DNA of 32,729 bases, from contig NW_025215152.1 of the NCBI RefSeq assembly GCF_004010195.1, positions 1 to 32,729 on the forward strand, read 5' to 3'. The stretch comes from Chiloscyllium plagiosum (taxonomy: Eukaryota). The translations under genes were made by a program, and so were the position numbers. This document shows positions 22,701 through 32,729 of this stretch, one piece after another. The notes beneath the pieces were generated by a model. It had not been told where the DNA came from. It worked only from the letters and a program-made list of their open reading frames with translations, and searched no databases. Each line of letters starts with the position of its first letter. Position 1 is the stretch's first letter.

Positions 22701-25700
22701 AGGGGGATGATTTCACAGTGAATCTAGTCTGAACTGACCCTGAGTGGAGTATGGGGGCTGTATTCACAGAGATTCTGCAACTGAGCTGACCCAGGGTGGG
22801 GGAATGGAGGCTGTATTCAGTGAATCTGAGTCTTAACTGACCCAGGGTGGGGAACGGGTACCGTATGCACAGTGTGTCTGTAGCTGAGCCGACCCTGATT
22901 GGAGTATACAGGCTGTATTCACAGTGAATCTGGGTCAGAGCAGACCCTTCATGGGGTATGGGGACTGTATTCACAGTGAATCTGGGTCCGAGCAGACCCT
23001 TCATGGAGTATGGGGACTGTATTCACAGTGAATCTGGGTCTGAGCTAACCGTCGGTGGTTTATGTGGGATGTATTCACAGTAAACCTGTTTCTAATCTGA
23101 ACCTGGGTGGGAAATACGGGCTGTATTCAACTTGAGTCTGTGTCTGAGCTTTTCTCTCGTAGTCGTATGATGGCTGTATTTACAGTGAATCTGGGTCTGA
23201 GCTGACACTTGGTGGGGTGTGGGGGATGTAACCCAGTGAATCTGGGTCTGAACTGACCCTGGGTGTGGTAGAGAGATGATTTCACAGTGAATCTGGGACT
23301 GAGCTGACCCTGCGTAGTGTAAGGGGGTTGTATTCACAGTAAATCTGGGACTGAGCTGACCCTCAGTGGATATGGGACTGTATTCAAAGTGAATCTGTGT
23401 CTGATATGACCCTCAGTATGTATGGGTATTGTATTCACAGTGAATCTGGGTCGGAGCTGACCCTGAGTGGGGTTTGGGGGCTGTTTTCACAGTGAATCTG
23501 GGTTTAAGCTGACACTGGGTGGGGTATTGAGGCTATATTCACTGTGAATCTGGGTCTCAGCTGACGCTGGGTGGGGTAAGGGGGATGTATTCACAATGAA
23601 CCTTCGTCTGAGATGACCGTAGCTTGGGTAAAGGGGCTGTATTCGCAGTGAATCTGGGCATGAGCCGACCCTGGATGGGGTATGGGGGCTGAACACACAG
23701 AGAATCTGGGTCTGAGCTAACCATCGGTGGTTTATGGGAAATGTATTCACATTAAAACTGTTTCGTAGCTGATCCTGGGTGGAATATGGGAGCTGTATTC
23801 ACAGTGAATCGGCGACTGAGCTGACCCAGGGTGGGGATTGGGGGCTGCATTTGCAGTGAATGTTTGACCTAGCTGACCCAGGATGGGGTATGGGGGATGT
23901 ATTCACAGTGAACTGGGTCTGAACTGACCCTGGGTGTGGTAGGGGGTGATTTCACAGTGAACCTGGGTCTGAGCTGACCCTGGGTGGGGTATGGAGGATA
24001 TATTCCAGTGAATCTGGGTCTGTGCTGACGCTAGGTGGGGTATGGGGTCTGTATTCGTAGTGAATCTGGGTCTGAGCTGACCGAGTGGGGTATGGAGGCT
24101 GTATTCACAGTAAACTGGGTCTGAGCATGACCCTTGGTGTTGTAAGGTGGATGTATACCCTGTGAATCTGGGTCTAACCTAACCCTGGATAGAGTATGGG
24201 GGCTGTATTCACAGGGAATGGGGGCTGTATTAACAGTAAATCTGGGTCTGGCCCATTCTGGCTGGGGTATGGGGGTTATATTCACAGTGAATCCGGGACT
24301 GAGCAAACCGTCAGTGGGTATGGTGGCTGTATTCACAGTGAATTTGGGTCTGAGCTGACCCTGGCTGGTGTAAGGGGGATGTATTCACAATGAATTTTGG
24401 TCTGAGATGACCATAAGTTGGGTATAGGGGCTGTATTCGCAGTGAATCTGTGGCTGAGCTGACCCTGAGTGGGGTTTGGGGGCTGTTTTCACAGTGAATA
24501 TGGGTCCAAGCTGACCCAGGGTAGAGCATGTCGGCTATATTCACAGTGAGTCTGGGTTTAAGCTGACACTGGGTGGGGTATGGGGGCTGAACACAGAGAA
24601 TCTGGGTCTGAGCTAACCGTCGGTGGGTTATGGGGGATATATTCACAGTAAACCTGTTTCTTAGCTGACTCTGGGTTGGGTATGAAGGCTGTATTCACAG
24701 TGAATCTGGGTTTGAGCTGACTCAGGTTGGGGAATGGTGGCTATACTCACAGTGAATCTGGGTCTGAGCTGACGGTAGGTGGGTTATGGGGGCTGTATTC
24801 GTGGTGAATCTGGGTCTGAGCTGACCCTGGATGGGGTATGGGGGCTGTATTCGCAGTGAATCTGTGTCTGACCTCACCCTGGNNNNNNNNNNNNNNNNNN
24901 NNNNNNNNNNNNNNNNNNNNNNNNNNNNNNNNNNNNNNNNNNNNNNNNNNNNNNNNNNNNNNNNNNNNNNNNNNNNNNNNNNNNNNNNNNNNNNNNNNNN
25001 NNNNNNNNNNNNNNNNNNNNNNNNNNNNNNNNNNNNNNNNNNNNNNNNNNNNNNNNNNNNNNNNNNNNNNNNNNNNNNNNNNNNNNNNNNNNNNNNNNNN
25101 NNNNNNNNNNNNNNNNNNNNNNNNNNNNNNNNNNNNNNNNNNNNNNNNNNNNNNNNNNNNNNNNNNNNNNNNNNNNNNNNNNNNNNNNNNNNNNNNNNNN
25201 NNNNNNNNNNNNNNNNNNNNNNNNNNNNNNNNNNNNNNNNNNNNNNNNNNNNNNNNNNNNNNNNNNNNNNNNNNNNNNNNNNNNNNNNNNNNNNNNNNNN
25301 NNNNNNNNNNNNNNNNNNNNNNNNNNNNNNNNNNNNNNNNNNNNNNNNNNNNNNNNNNNNNNNNNNNNNNNNNNNNNNNNNNNNNNNNNNNNNNNNNNNN
25401 NNNNNNNNNNNNNNNNNNNNNNNNNNNNNNNNNNNNNNNNNNNNNNNNNNNNNNNNNNNNNNNNNNNNNNNNNNNNNNNNNNNNNNNNNNNNNNNNNNNN
25501 NNNNNNNNNNNNNNNNNNNNNNNNNNNNNNNNNNNNNNNNNNNNNNNNNNNNNNNNNNNNNNNNNNNNNNNNNNNNNNNNNNNNNNNNNNNNNNNNNNNN
25601 NNNNNNNNNNNNNNNNNNNNNNNNNNNNNNNNNNNNNNNNNNNNNNNNNNNNNNNNNNNNNNNNNNNNNNNNNNNNNNNNNNNNNNNNNNNNNNNNNNNN

Positions 25701-25763
25701 NNNNNNNNNNNNNNNNNNNNNNNNNNNNNNNNNNNNNNNNNNNNNNNNNNNNNNNNNNNNNNN

Positions 25764-27236
25764 TCTTCTACCTTTGAGCCAGTTCTGTATCCAAATGGCT
25801 AGTTCTCCCTGTATTGCGTGAGATCTAGCGTTGCTAATCAGTCTCCCATGGGGAACCTTATCAAATGCCTTACTGAAGTCCATATAGAACACATCTACTG
25901 CTCTGCCCTCATCAATCCTCTTTGTTACTTCTTCAAAAAACGCAATCAAGTTTGTGAGACATGATTTCCCACGCACAAAGCCATGTTGACTATCCCGAAT
26001 CAGTCCTTGCCTTTCCAAATACATGTACATCCTGTCCCTCAAGATTCCCTCCAACAACTTGCCCATCACCGAGGTCAGGCTCACCGGTCTATAGTTTCCT
26101 GGCTTGTCTTTACCGCCCTTCTTAAACAGTGGCACCACATTTGCCAACCTCCAGTCTTCCAACAACTCATCTGTGCTACCGATGATACAAATATTTCAGC
26201 AAGAGGCCCAGCAATCACTTTTCTAGCTTCCCGCAGAGTTCTTGGGTCACCTGATCAGATCCTGGGGATTTATCCATCTTAACCATTTCAAGACATCCAG
26301 CACTTCCTTCTCTGTAATCTGGACATTTTGCAAGATGTCACCATCTATTTCCCTGCAGTCTATATCTTCCATATCCTTTTCCACAGTAAATACTGATGCA
26401 AAATATTCAATTAGTATCTCCCCCATTTTCTGTGGCTCCACACAAAGGTTGCCTTGCTGATCTTTGAGGGGCCCTATTCTCTCCCTAGTTACCCTTTTGT
26501 CCTTAATATATTTGTAAGACCCCTTTGGATTCTCCTTCATTCTATTTGCCAAAGCTATGTCATGTCCCTCCTGATTTCCCTCTTAAGTATATTCCTACCT
26601 CTTTTATACTCTTCTAAGGATTCACTCGATCTGTCCTGTCTGTGCCTGACGTATGCTTCCTTCTTTTTCTTAACCAAATCCTCAATTTCTTTAGTCATTC
26701 AGCATTCCCTATACCTACCAGTCTTCCCTTTTATCCTGACAGGAATATACTTTCTCTGGATTTTTGTTACCTCATTTCTGAAGGCTTCCCATTTTCTAGC
26801 CGTGCCTTTACCTGCGAACATCTGCCTCCAATCAGCTTTTGAAAGTTCTTGCCTAATACCGTCAAAATTGGCCTTTCTCCAATTTAGAACTTCAACTTTT
26901 AGATCTGGTCTATCGTTTTCCATCACTATTTTAAAACGAATAGAATTATGATCGCTGGCCCCAAAGTGGTCCCACACTGACACCTCAGTCACCTGCCCTC
27001 CCTTATTTCCCAAGACTAGGTCAAGTTTTGCATCTTCTCTAGTAGGTACATCCACATACAGAATCAGAAAATTGTCTTGAACATACTTAAGAAATTCCTC
27101 TCCATCTAAACCTTTAACTCTATGGCAGTCCCAGTCGATGTTTGGAAAGTTAAAATCCCTTACCATAACTACCCTATTATTCTTACAGATAGCTGAGATC
27201 TTCTTACAAATTTGTTTCTCAATTTCCCTCTGACTA
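25764..27236 (-). mobile_element. CR1-clade LINE ORF2 remnant, copy 2 (near-identical to copy 1)
   Basis: It has the same motifs plus YMDFSKAFDKVPHGRL, is collinear with about 17882-19293, and is bounded by N gaps on both sides. Confidence 0.95.
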
Positions 27237-27883
27237 NNNNNNNNNNNNNNNNNNNNNNNNNNNNNNNNNNNNNNNNNNNNNNNNNNNNNNNNNNNNNNNN
27301 NNNNNNNNNNNNNNNNNNNNNNNNNNNNNNNNNNNNNNNNNNNNNNNNNNNNNNNNNNNNNNNNNNNNNNNNNNNNNNNNNNNNNNNNNNNNNNNNNNNN
27401 NNNNNNNNNNNNNNNNNNNNNNNNNNNNNNNNNNNNNNNNNNNNNNNNNNNNNNNNNNNNNNNNNNNNNNNNNNNNNNNNNNNNNNNNNNNNNNNNNNNN
27501 NNNNNNNNNNNNNNNNNNNNNNNNNNNNNNNNNNNNNNNNNNNNNNNNNNNNNNNNNNNNNNNNNNNNNNNNNNNNNNNNNNNNNNNNNNNNNNNNNNNN
27601 NNNNNNNNNNNNNNNNNNNNNNNNNNNNNNNNNNNNNNNNNNNNNNNNNNNNNNNNNNNNNNNNNNNNNNNNNNNNNNNNNNNNNNNNNNNNNNNNNNNN
27701 NNNNNNNNNNNNNNNNNNNNNNNNNNNNNNNNNNNNNNNNNNNNNNNNNNNNNNNNNNNNNNNNNNNNNNNNNNNNNNNNNNNNNNNNNNNNNNNNNNNN
27801 NNNNNNNNNNNNNNNNNNNNNNNNNNNNNNNNNNNNNNNNNNNNNNNNNNNNNNNNNNNNNNNNNNNNNNNNNNNNNNNNNCT

Positions 27884-28453
27884 GTGCTGAGCTGTTTAAA
27901 GAACATTTTCTGGTATTTTATGCTCAAAGGTCGGTATACACTCAGGAATGTCCCCTGGTTTTGTGGCATAACGGTGGGCGCTCGTTCCTCTCTGGTCTGG
28001 GTCATTATCGAATTCCTCCACTACATTCTAACTCCGGCTCTCCCATTTCTCCTGATTCTGCTGCTCAATATTTGCAGCATCAGACACATTTTAGTGACCA
28101 GCAGAGTCCGCAGGAGACTCCAGGCTCACACCAATGGGAACACTCAGTGTGACACAGAAGTGCAAAATCGAAAAAAATCTGTCATTTTATTATTTGTTAT
28201 CTCGGCGAATTTCATCCTGTTATGGTCAATGTTCATGGTATATTCTATATGGTACCGGATGACATGGATCGGGTATTACACTGTGCATCTACGTATGTTG
28301 GTGCGGCAATCGGGCTTTGTGCTGCAGCTCCTCAGTTGCTGCACAAACACCGCGATTTATGTAATAACCCAGACTAAGTTCAGACAGCAGCTGAAGAATG
28401 TGCTAAAATATCCCTTTACTCAAATTCATCAATCAATCAAATTCACTCATTAA
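27884..28453 (+). CDS. Class A GPCR, GPR139-like (cartilaginous-fish type); TM4-TM7 and C-terminus, 5' part hidden in the N gap
   Basis: An open frame of about 189 codons with an ECL2 cysteine (PWFC), TM5 (LTPALPFLLILLLN), basic ICL3 (SRVRRRL...NRKKS), TM6 (VILLFVISANFILLW), TM7 (LLSCCTNTAIY, an NPxxY variant) and helix 8 (QTKFRQQL). Family assigned by motif recognition, not by a search. Confidence 0.85.
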   Translation: MLSCLKNIFWYFMLKGRYTLRNVPWFCGITVGARSSLVWVIIEFLHYILTPALPFLLILLLNICSIRHILVTSRVRRRLQAHTNGNTQCDTEVQNRKKSVILLFVISANFILLWSMFMVYSIWYRMTWIGYYTVHLRMLVRQSGFVLQLLSCCTNTAIYVITQTKFRQQLKNVLKYPFTQIHQSIKFTH

Positions 28454-28645
28454 TCAATCTATTCAGGATTTTCTCATTTCAGTTCATTTGCTTTAGCCAA
28501 CATAGTAACAGACTGGGAGTAGTGCTGGCCTGTCTGTCCTTATCCCATAGGTAATGGGGCACATTCCAATGCTTTGGACAGCTCAGGCACCATTCCACTT
28601 CCTGTGTAATCTGTGTAATGGAATCTGGAACTTCAATTTGTAAAC

Positions 28646-28651
28646 AATAAA
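28646..28651 (+). promoter_or_regulatory. Probable polyadenylation signal of the GPCR gene
   Basis: AATAAA about 190 bp after the stop codon, followed by a GT-rich tract (TGTGTATTGTTTGTCTTT) near 28688-28706. Confidence 0.65.
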
Positions 28652-29666
28652 AATGTTCATTAAAAAATGTCAAGCATCTGAACTAACTGTGTATTGTTTG
28701 TCTTTATGTGGAAGAAACTGAGCTGGAGAGAGACAGACCTGGCCCCAAGTCCTGATCCTCAGGGAAGGAAAGGAGACTGGGCCGAGGTCAGCAATTGGGG
28801 TTAAGTCACTTTGCTTTCAGCTCTGGGTCACCACTCAGGCCTGGCCACGACAGAATTCATCTCTATTCCTTTCTTCCTCACCATAACTCCCTAGGTCCCT
28901 CTGAAGTTATTGCACTGAGGCCAGTATCCCATTACCAAGCGACTCCTGATTTCCATGTGCATAGTACCATGGCTGTGGCCAGCCAGCTCAGAGTCAGTTA
29001 AGTAGAAATATTTTTCTCAAAGTGCAGGGACTCAGTGAGCCTATTGTGCAAATAATTTTACTCAATACTTACACCACCAGGAAAAACAGCCATGTGACCA
29101 AAGAACCAATAACAAGCAAAAGCCAGTAATTGCAAAGCTGATATGAAAAAAAACTGAAGTGGATGGTAGGGATTAAACCAAAATAGAATTGGAGGGGAAA
29201 ATAAAGCACACCACTATCCGTGGTGCCCACCTCTCCCTAAAGGCATTCAGAGCATTAGTGGTCACTACCTGCTCCTTCTTCAGGGAAACCTGCAGTCATT
29301 TGAAATGATTCCCCTCCATGGCCGGCTGCCTGGACCTGTTTATACCCGGCCTGGCCAGGTCCAAGAGCACACTCACAAGGAGACCTTCTGACCTGCCCTC
29401 ATTTCTCCGCAGTGGATGCCCAACGTTCAGGAGTATGGGGCTGAAGTGCAAACACAAACAAAGCAAAGGTTGTTCAGGTAACTGAAAAGGGAGTGCAAAC
29501 ATCCACAACCAATATACACAGGGTCCACAGCGCTGCAGAACAAACAGGTGGGCTGAGAGTCTGTGGACTACCACAACCTACAGTTGTACAGGACTGCGAT
29601 GCAGAACACCATCAACTCCAGGTCCCCAATGGAAGAGAGAGAACTCCGGTGGAGAGGGCCCTCTGC

Positions 29667-29745
29667 TGCCCGAAATGTCTATTTTCCTGCTCCTCGGATG
29701 TTGCCTGACCTTCTGTGTTTTTCTAGCACTGCTCTAATCTTGACT
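29667..29745 (+). mobile_element. Old pLTR fragment of the hammerhead-bearing Penelope-like family
   Basis: TGCCCGAAATGTCTATTTTCCTGCTCCTCGGATGTTGCCTGACCTTCTGTGTTTTTCTAGCAC aligns by eye with 10934-10996. Only the 3' half of the hammerhead remains. Confidence 0.75.
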
Positions 29746-29883
29746 GGGGGCCATACTGTCCAGCAGCAAATGGGCTGTCGAGGCATGTCCGGCTGGTGAA
29801 GGAAGGAGCAGAGGCAGTCTGTACATAGCCCGCTATTTTGCCTCCCCGAAAGAAATACAACAGATATTTCAGAGGAGGCTCAG

Positions 29884-30875
29884 TGTTACTAAGTGGAGGT
29901 TGACACCCCTCTGATAATTAAAACTGAAACTCCCAGAGAAGATCACCTGATAAAAGAAGTGTGTATTAAGTGGTATAATCTACCTTTCAGACCCCAATCT
30001 GTTGTAAGGGAGTTGTTAATCAAAACAAAATCCTTTCACCCACTCTGCACTGAACAAATATCAATGTATTTATCTAACACCAAAAGTGAACAGATGAACA
30101 GAATTACTAACAAAATGAACAACCCTCCCTAACTACCTATTCCTGAATAAAACAAGATTCTAATAGTATACTGCTCCAATAACACATGCCCCACTTATAT
30201 ACGTTCAAATAACTAGAAAATAATAAATTAAAACTTGGTCTGTCAATGTTCACACAGAATGTGTCTTCCGAAACTTTCTGTTCCTTCTTCCATTGTCTTC
30301 CTCTGACTGAAATGCACTCTTTGTCATTTTTCTGGTATCATGAATATTATTTAAGAGTGCCATTGTATGTGTGAAAGATAGATGGTGCTTTTGTTTAGAG
30401 AGGATGGATATTTCTTCTGAGAGCCCAGTATTTATTTCTCCATTAGCAGGTTTGCTATCTGATCAGATAGCCATTGGCTGTCCCCATCTTTCAAAATTCC
30501 CGCTTTTTTTGGATCCTTGATGACCCATTAAATGCTTTACAACCAGATTGGTTACCGGTTGCCAAAAACAACAGGTTTAAATGTGATAAGTTTCAGTGTT
30601 TAACGGCTTGGTTTAAATTAATTGGCTGATTCAAGCTGGTTACCAAAATTAAAAAAAAGCCTCAGGTTTTCCAATTATGCAGCTAATTGCTACATGTTTC
30701 CATTTCAAAATTGTTTGTGGTTTTACAGTTGCTTGCAGACATATTTTTCTTAAATTTCCAAGCTTCGGAAAGCACTTTATCTCTGAAAGGTACCACATCC
30801 TCTGCCATCCTATTGTTTCAACAAGAAAACTCTAGCTTCCTGCCTTCCACTTGTACAGCACGCAACTTCATAATA
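29884..30875. mobile_element. Probable solo LTR (about 990 bp, AT-rich) inserted in the Tx1 element
   Basis: Termini TGTTA...TAATA (one change from TAACA), imperfect 4-bp flanking repeat TCAG/TTAG, and an abrupt composition shift. The flanks rejoin as contiguous Tx1-like sequence. Confidence 0.5.
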
Positions 30876-32015
30876 TTAGGTTGTGGGGCACAGGCACCTG
30901 GGTGAGTTACAGGATCCTGTGGGCAATGTTAAATTCCCGCTGTGTAGGTGGACACACTGACGGGATTCCACCTCACAGCTCAGCATCCTGCAACAGTTCA
31001 CAACATCAGATCTGATCATTACCGTTGTAAGGTATTGGATGGCAATGCTAAAGCACAGCTTTCTCCAACTCCTCAATCTTGGATTTCCACCATCCTATTG
31101 ACCCTCTCATACACTCCTGACAAAAGACACAGATGTGAGTCTTACCCTCATCCTAACATGGTGCCAAGGAGAGGAGGCCCCACCCTTCTTTCTTATCCAG
31201 CCAGTCCAGAACCATCAAAACGAGTCCCGGAACCGCTCATCCTCCAGCTGCAGGTTGTTAAAGTGCCAGAACGTGGACCCTAGTCGGGCCCCGAATGGAA
31301 GGAGCTCTGGCCACACCAGGTGATGGTCCGTGCATGGCACCTGCCACATGGAGGCCTCTGGAACACAGAAGACATAGTCACATGAAATGTACAGGGAGTC
31401 GATCCAGTCGTGGTCCATGTCCTCCATTTAAAATTCACCTCCCCCACCACCCCCCAACCCTGAGGACACCACACTGGCTTTTGTCGAGGTAGGCAAGATG
31501 AGTGGACAGTTCTACATGGAAGCATGTTTGCCTCAACCTGAGTGAGAGAACATGGATGTTCACTAAGTGAAGCACCACACCCCCTCCCCCCAGCTGCACT
31601 GTCAGGTGAAGCAAACGGCCTGGCACAGGCTCCCTGATCCCCAGGATCTCCAGCTGAAAATGTGGGAGCAACAAGGTAGCCATCCCGCTGGATTTCCGGC
31701 TGAGGTGACTCATGTAGATCCCTCCTTGCCACTCCAGGAGCCAGGTGGACTTGTCTCCTGGGGTGGTGTGTGTTTCTTGCAGGAAACACACTGTATACCC
31801 CCCGGCTTGAAAGACTAACAAGTTCTGGAATCTGGGCTGTGACTTCCTGCTGTCGTTGATGTTGATGCTGGCTATAGGTGTCTTCATGTCAGCAGCATAG
31901 AGCAATCATCACCAAGTAAATCATCAAAGCTGCTGCATCCTTGTAGGAGGCAAGAAGGATCTACAGCTCCCTCGCCCTCTCTGTGAGAGCATTCGAGGGC
32001 ATCTTAAACTGCCGC

Positions 32016-32729
32016 CAGCAGCCCGGGTGTGTGGTCAGCAGCCCGGGTGTGTGGTCAGCAGCCCGGGTGTGTGGTCAGAAGCCTGGGTGTATGAATAGCA
32101 GCCCGGGTGTGTGGTCAGCAGCCTGGGTGTATGAATAGCAGCCCGGGTGTATGGTCAGCAGCCCGGGTGTGTGGTCAGCAGTCCGGGTGTGTGGTCAGCA
32201 GCCCGGGTGTATGGTCAGCAGCCTGGGTGTGTGGTCAGCAGCCTGGGTGCATGATCAGCAGCCCGGGTGTGTGGTCAGCAGCCCGGGTGTGTGGTCAGAA
32301 GCCTGGGTGTATGAATAGCAGCCCGGGTGTGTGGTCAGCAGCCCGGGTGTGTGGTCAGAAGCCTGGGTGTATGAATAGCAGCCCGGGTGTGTGGTCAGCA
32401 GCCCGGGTGTGTGGTCAGCAGCCCGGGTGTGTGGTCAGCAGCCCGGGTGTGTGGTCAGCAGCCCGGGTGTGTGGTCAGCAGCCCGGGTGTGTGGTCAGCA
32501 GCCCGGGTGTGTGGTCAGCAGCCCGGGTGTGTGGTCAGCAGCCCGGGTGTGTGGTCAGCAGCCCGGGTGTGTGGTCAGCAGCCCGGGTGTGTGGTCAGCA
32601 GCCCGGGTGTGTGGTCAGCAGCCCGGGTGTGTGGTCAGCAGCCTGGGTGTATGGTCAGCAGCCTGGGTGCATGATCAGCAGCCCGGGTGTGTGGTCAGCA
32701 GCCTGGGTGTATGGTCAGCAGCCTGGGTG
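32016..32729 (+). repeat. 20-bp GC-rich minisatellite (runs off the right edge)
   Basis: About 36 copies of CAGCAGCCCGGGTGTGTGGT with a few recurrent variant units. Confidence 0.97.

Larger units (their letters stand above)
48..24882 (+). repeat. 52-bp G-rich tandem satellite array, interrupted by transposon insertions and gaps
   Basis: The recurrent unit GTATTCACAGTGAATCTGGGTCTGAGCTGACCCTGGGTGGGGTATGGGGGCT occurs head-to-tail in one orientation, in segments of about 48-1558, 1867-3788, 6685-10653, 11010-17637 and 19721-24882. Confidence 0.97.
29050..31887 (-). mobile_element. Tx1/L1-clade LINE ORF2 remnant, internally deleted and interrupted
   Basis: The APE domain starts at ATG 31887 (MKTPIASININ...VCFLQETH...PGRLL...VNIH, later TDHHLVW and WHFNN). 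The C-terminal region has a CxxC zinc-knuckle remnant (PTCLFC) and terminal WAPRIVVCFIFPSNSILV* ending about 29173. No RT motifs were seen between them. The 3' boundary is approximate. Confidence 0.8.

Noticed and set aside
125..24646. Dozens of short ORFs with QTQIHCEY, RFTVNTAP or RVSSDPDSL motifs
   Set aside because: They are the three frames of the 52-bp satellite. The unit is not a multiple of 3, stops are frequent and no frame is maintained.
48..24882. CRISPR-like appearance (conserved palindromic part plus variable part)
   Set aside because: The variable segments are diverged versions of one G-rich sequence, not unique spacers. There are no cas genes and the context is vertebrate.
48..24882. 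Functional V(D)J recombination signal sequences or an antigen-receptor locus
   Set aside because: Only the heptamer is present. There is no nonamer at 12/23 spacing and no V, D, J or C coding segments.
48..24882. The satellite monomer itself as a hammerhead ribozyme (as in newt satellite 2)
   Set aside because: CTGAGCT does not fit CUGANGA and the consensus has no GAAA box. Hammerhead motifs occur only in the inserted elements.
24747..28453. Long ORFs of 278-472 aa
   Set aside because: Their length comes from reading through N gaps. Only the CR1 and GPCR portions are real, and no CR1-GPCR fusion is supported.
32387..32674. 95-aa repetitive Cys/Gln protein resembling a keratin-associated protein
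   Set aside because: It is a translation of the 20-bp minisatellite cycling through frames, with no gene structure.

Overview
This is eukaryotic, repeat-dominated DNA, most likely from a cartilaginous fish. That inference rests on an HE1-type V-SINE, CR1 LINEs, Penelope-like elements and a GPR139-like receptor. About 25 kb (48-24882) is a G-rich 52-bp satellite (consensus GTATTCACAGTGAATCTGGGTCTGAGCTGACCCTGGGTGGGGTATGGGGGCT) with kilobase-scale internal duplications and one block of 30 essentially identical units. Inserted into it are a V-SINE, a decayed Penelope-like retroelement (RT + GIY-YIG, with an inverted partial copy), a CR1 LINE present as two copies of one insertion, and four short pieces of a second Penelope-like family. 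After the array come the 3' part of a GPR139-like GPCR exon, an internally deleted Tx1-clade LINE interrupted by a probable solo LTR, and a 20-bp minisatellite. The most interesting signal, which the ORF track misses, is a set of minimal hammerhead ribozyme motifs (CUGANGA-stem II-GAAAC-NUH). Three of them ride on 130-254 bp non-coding insertions with 12-15 bp target-site duplications; two of these insertions are fold-back elements and one has a matching empty site in the window. Hammerheads in Penelope-like elements are known in general, so whether this family is new cannot be established here. Most listed ORFs are artefacts of the satellite or of the four N gaps. There are no prokaryotic features or CRISPR arrays.
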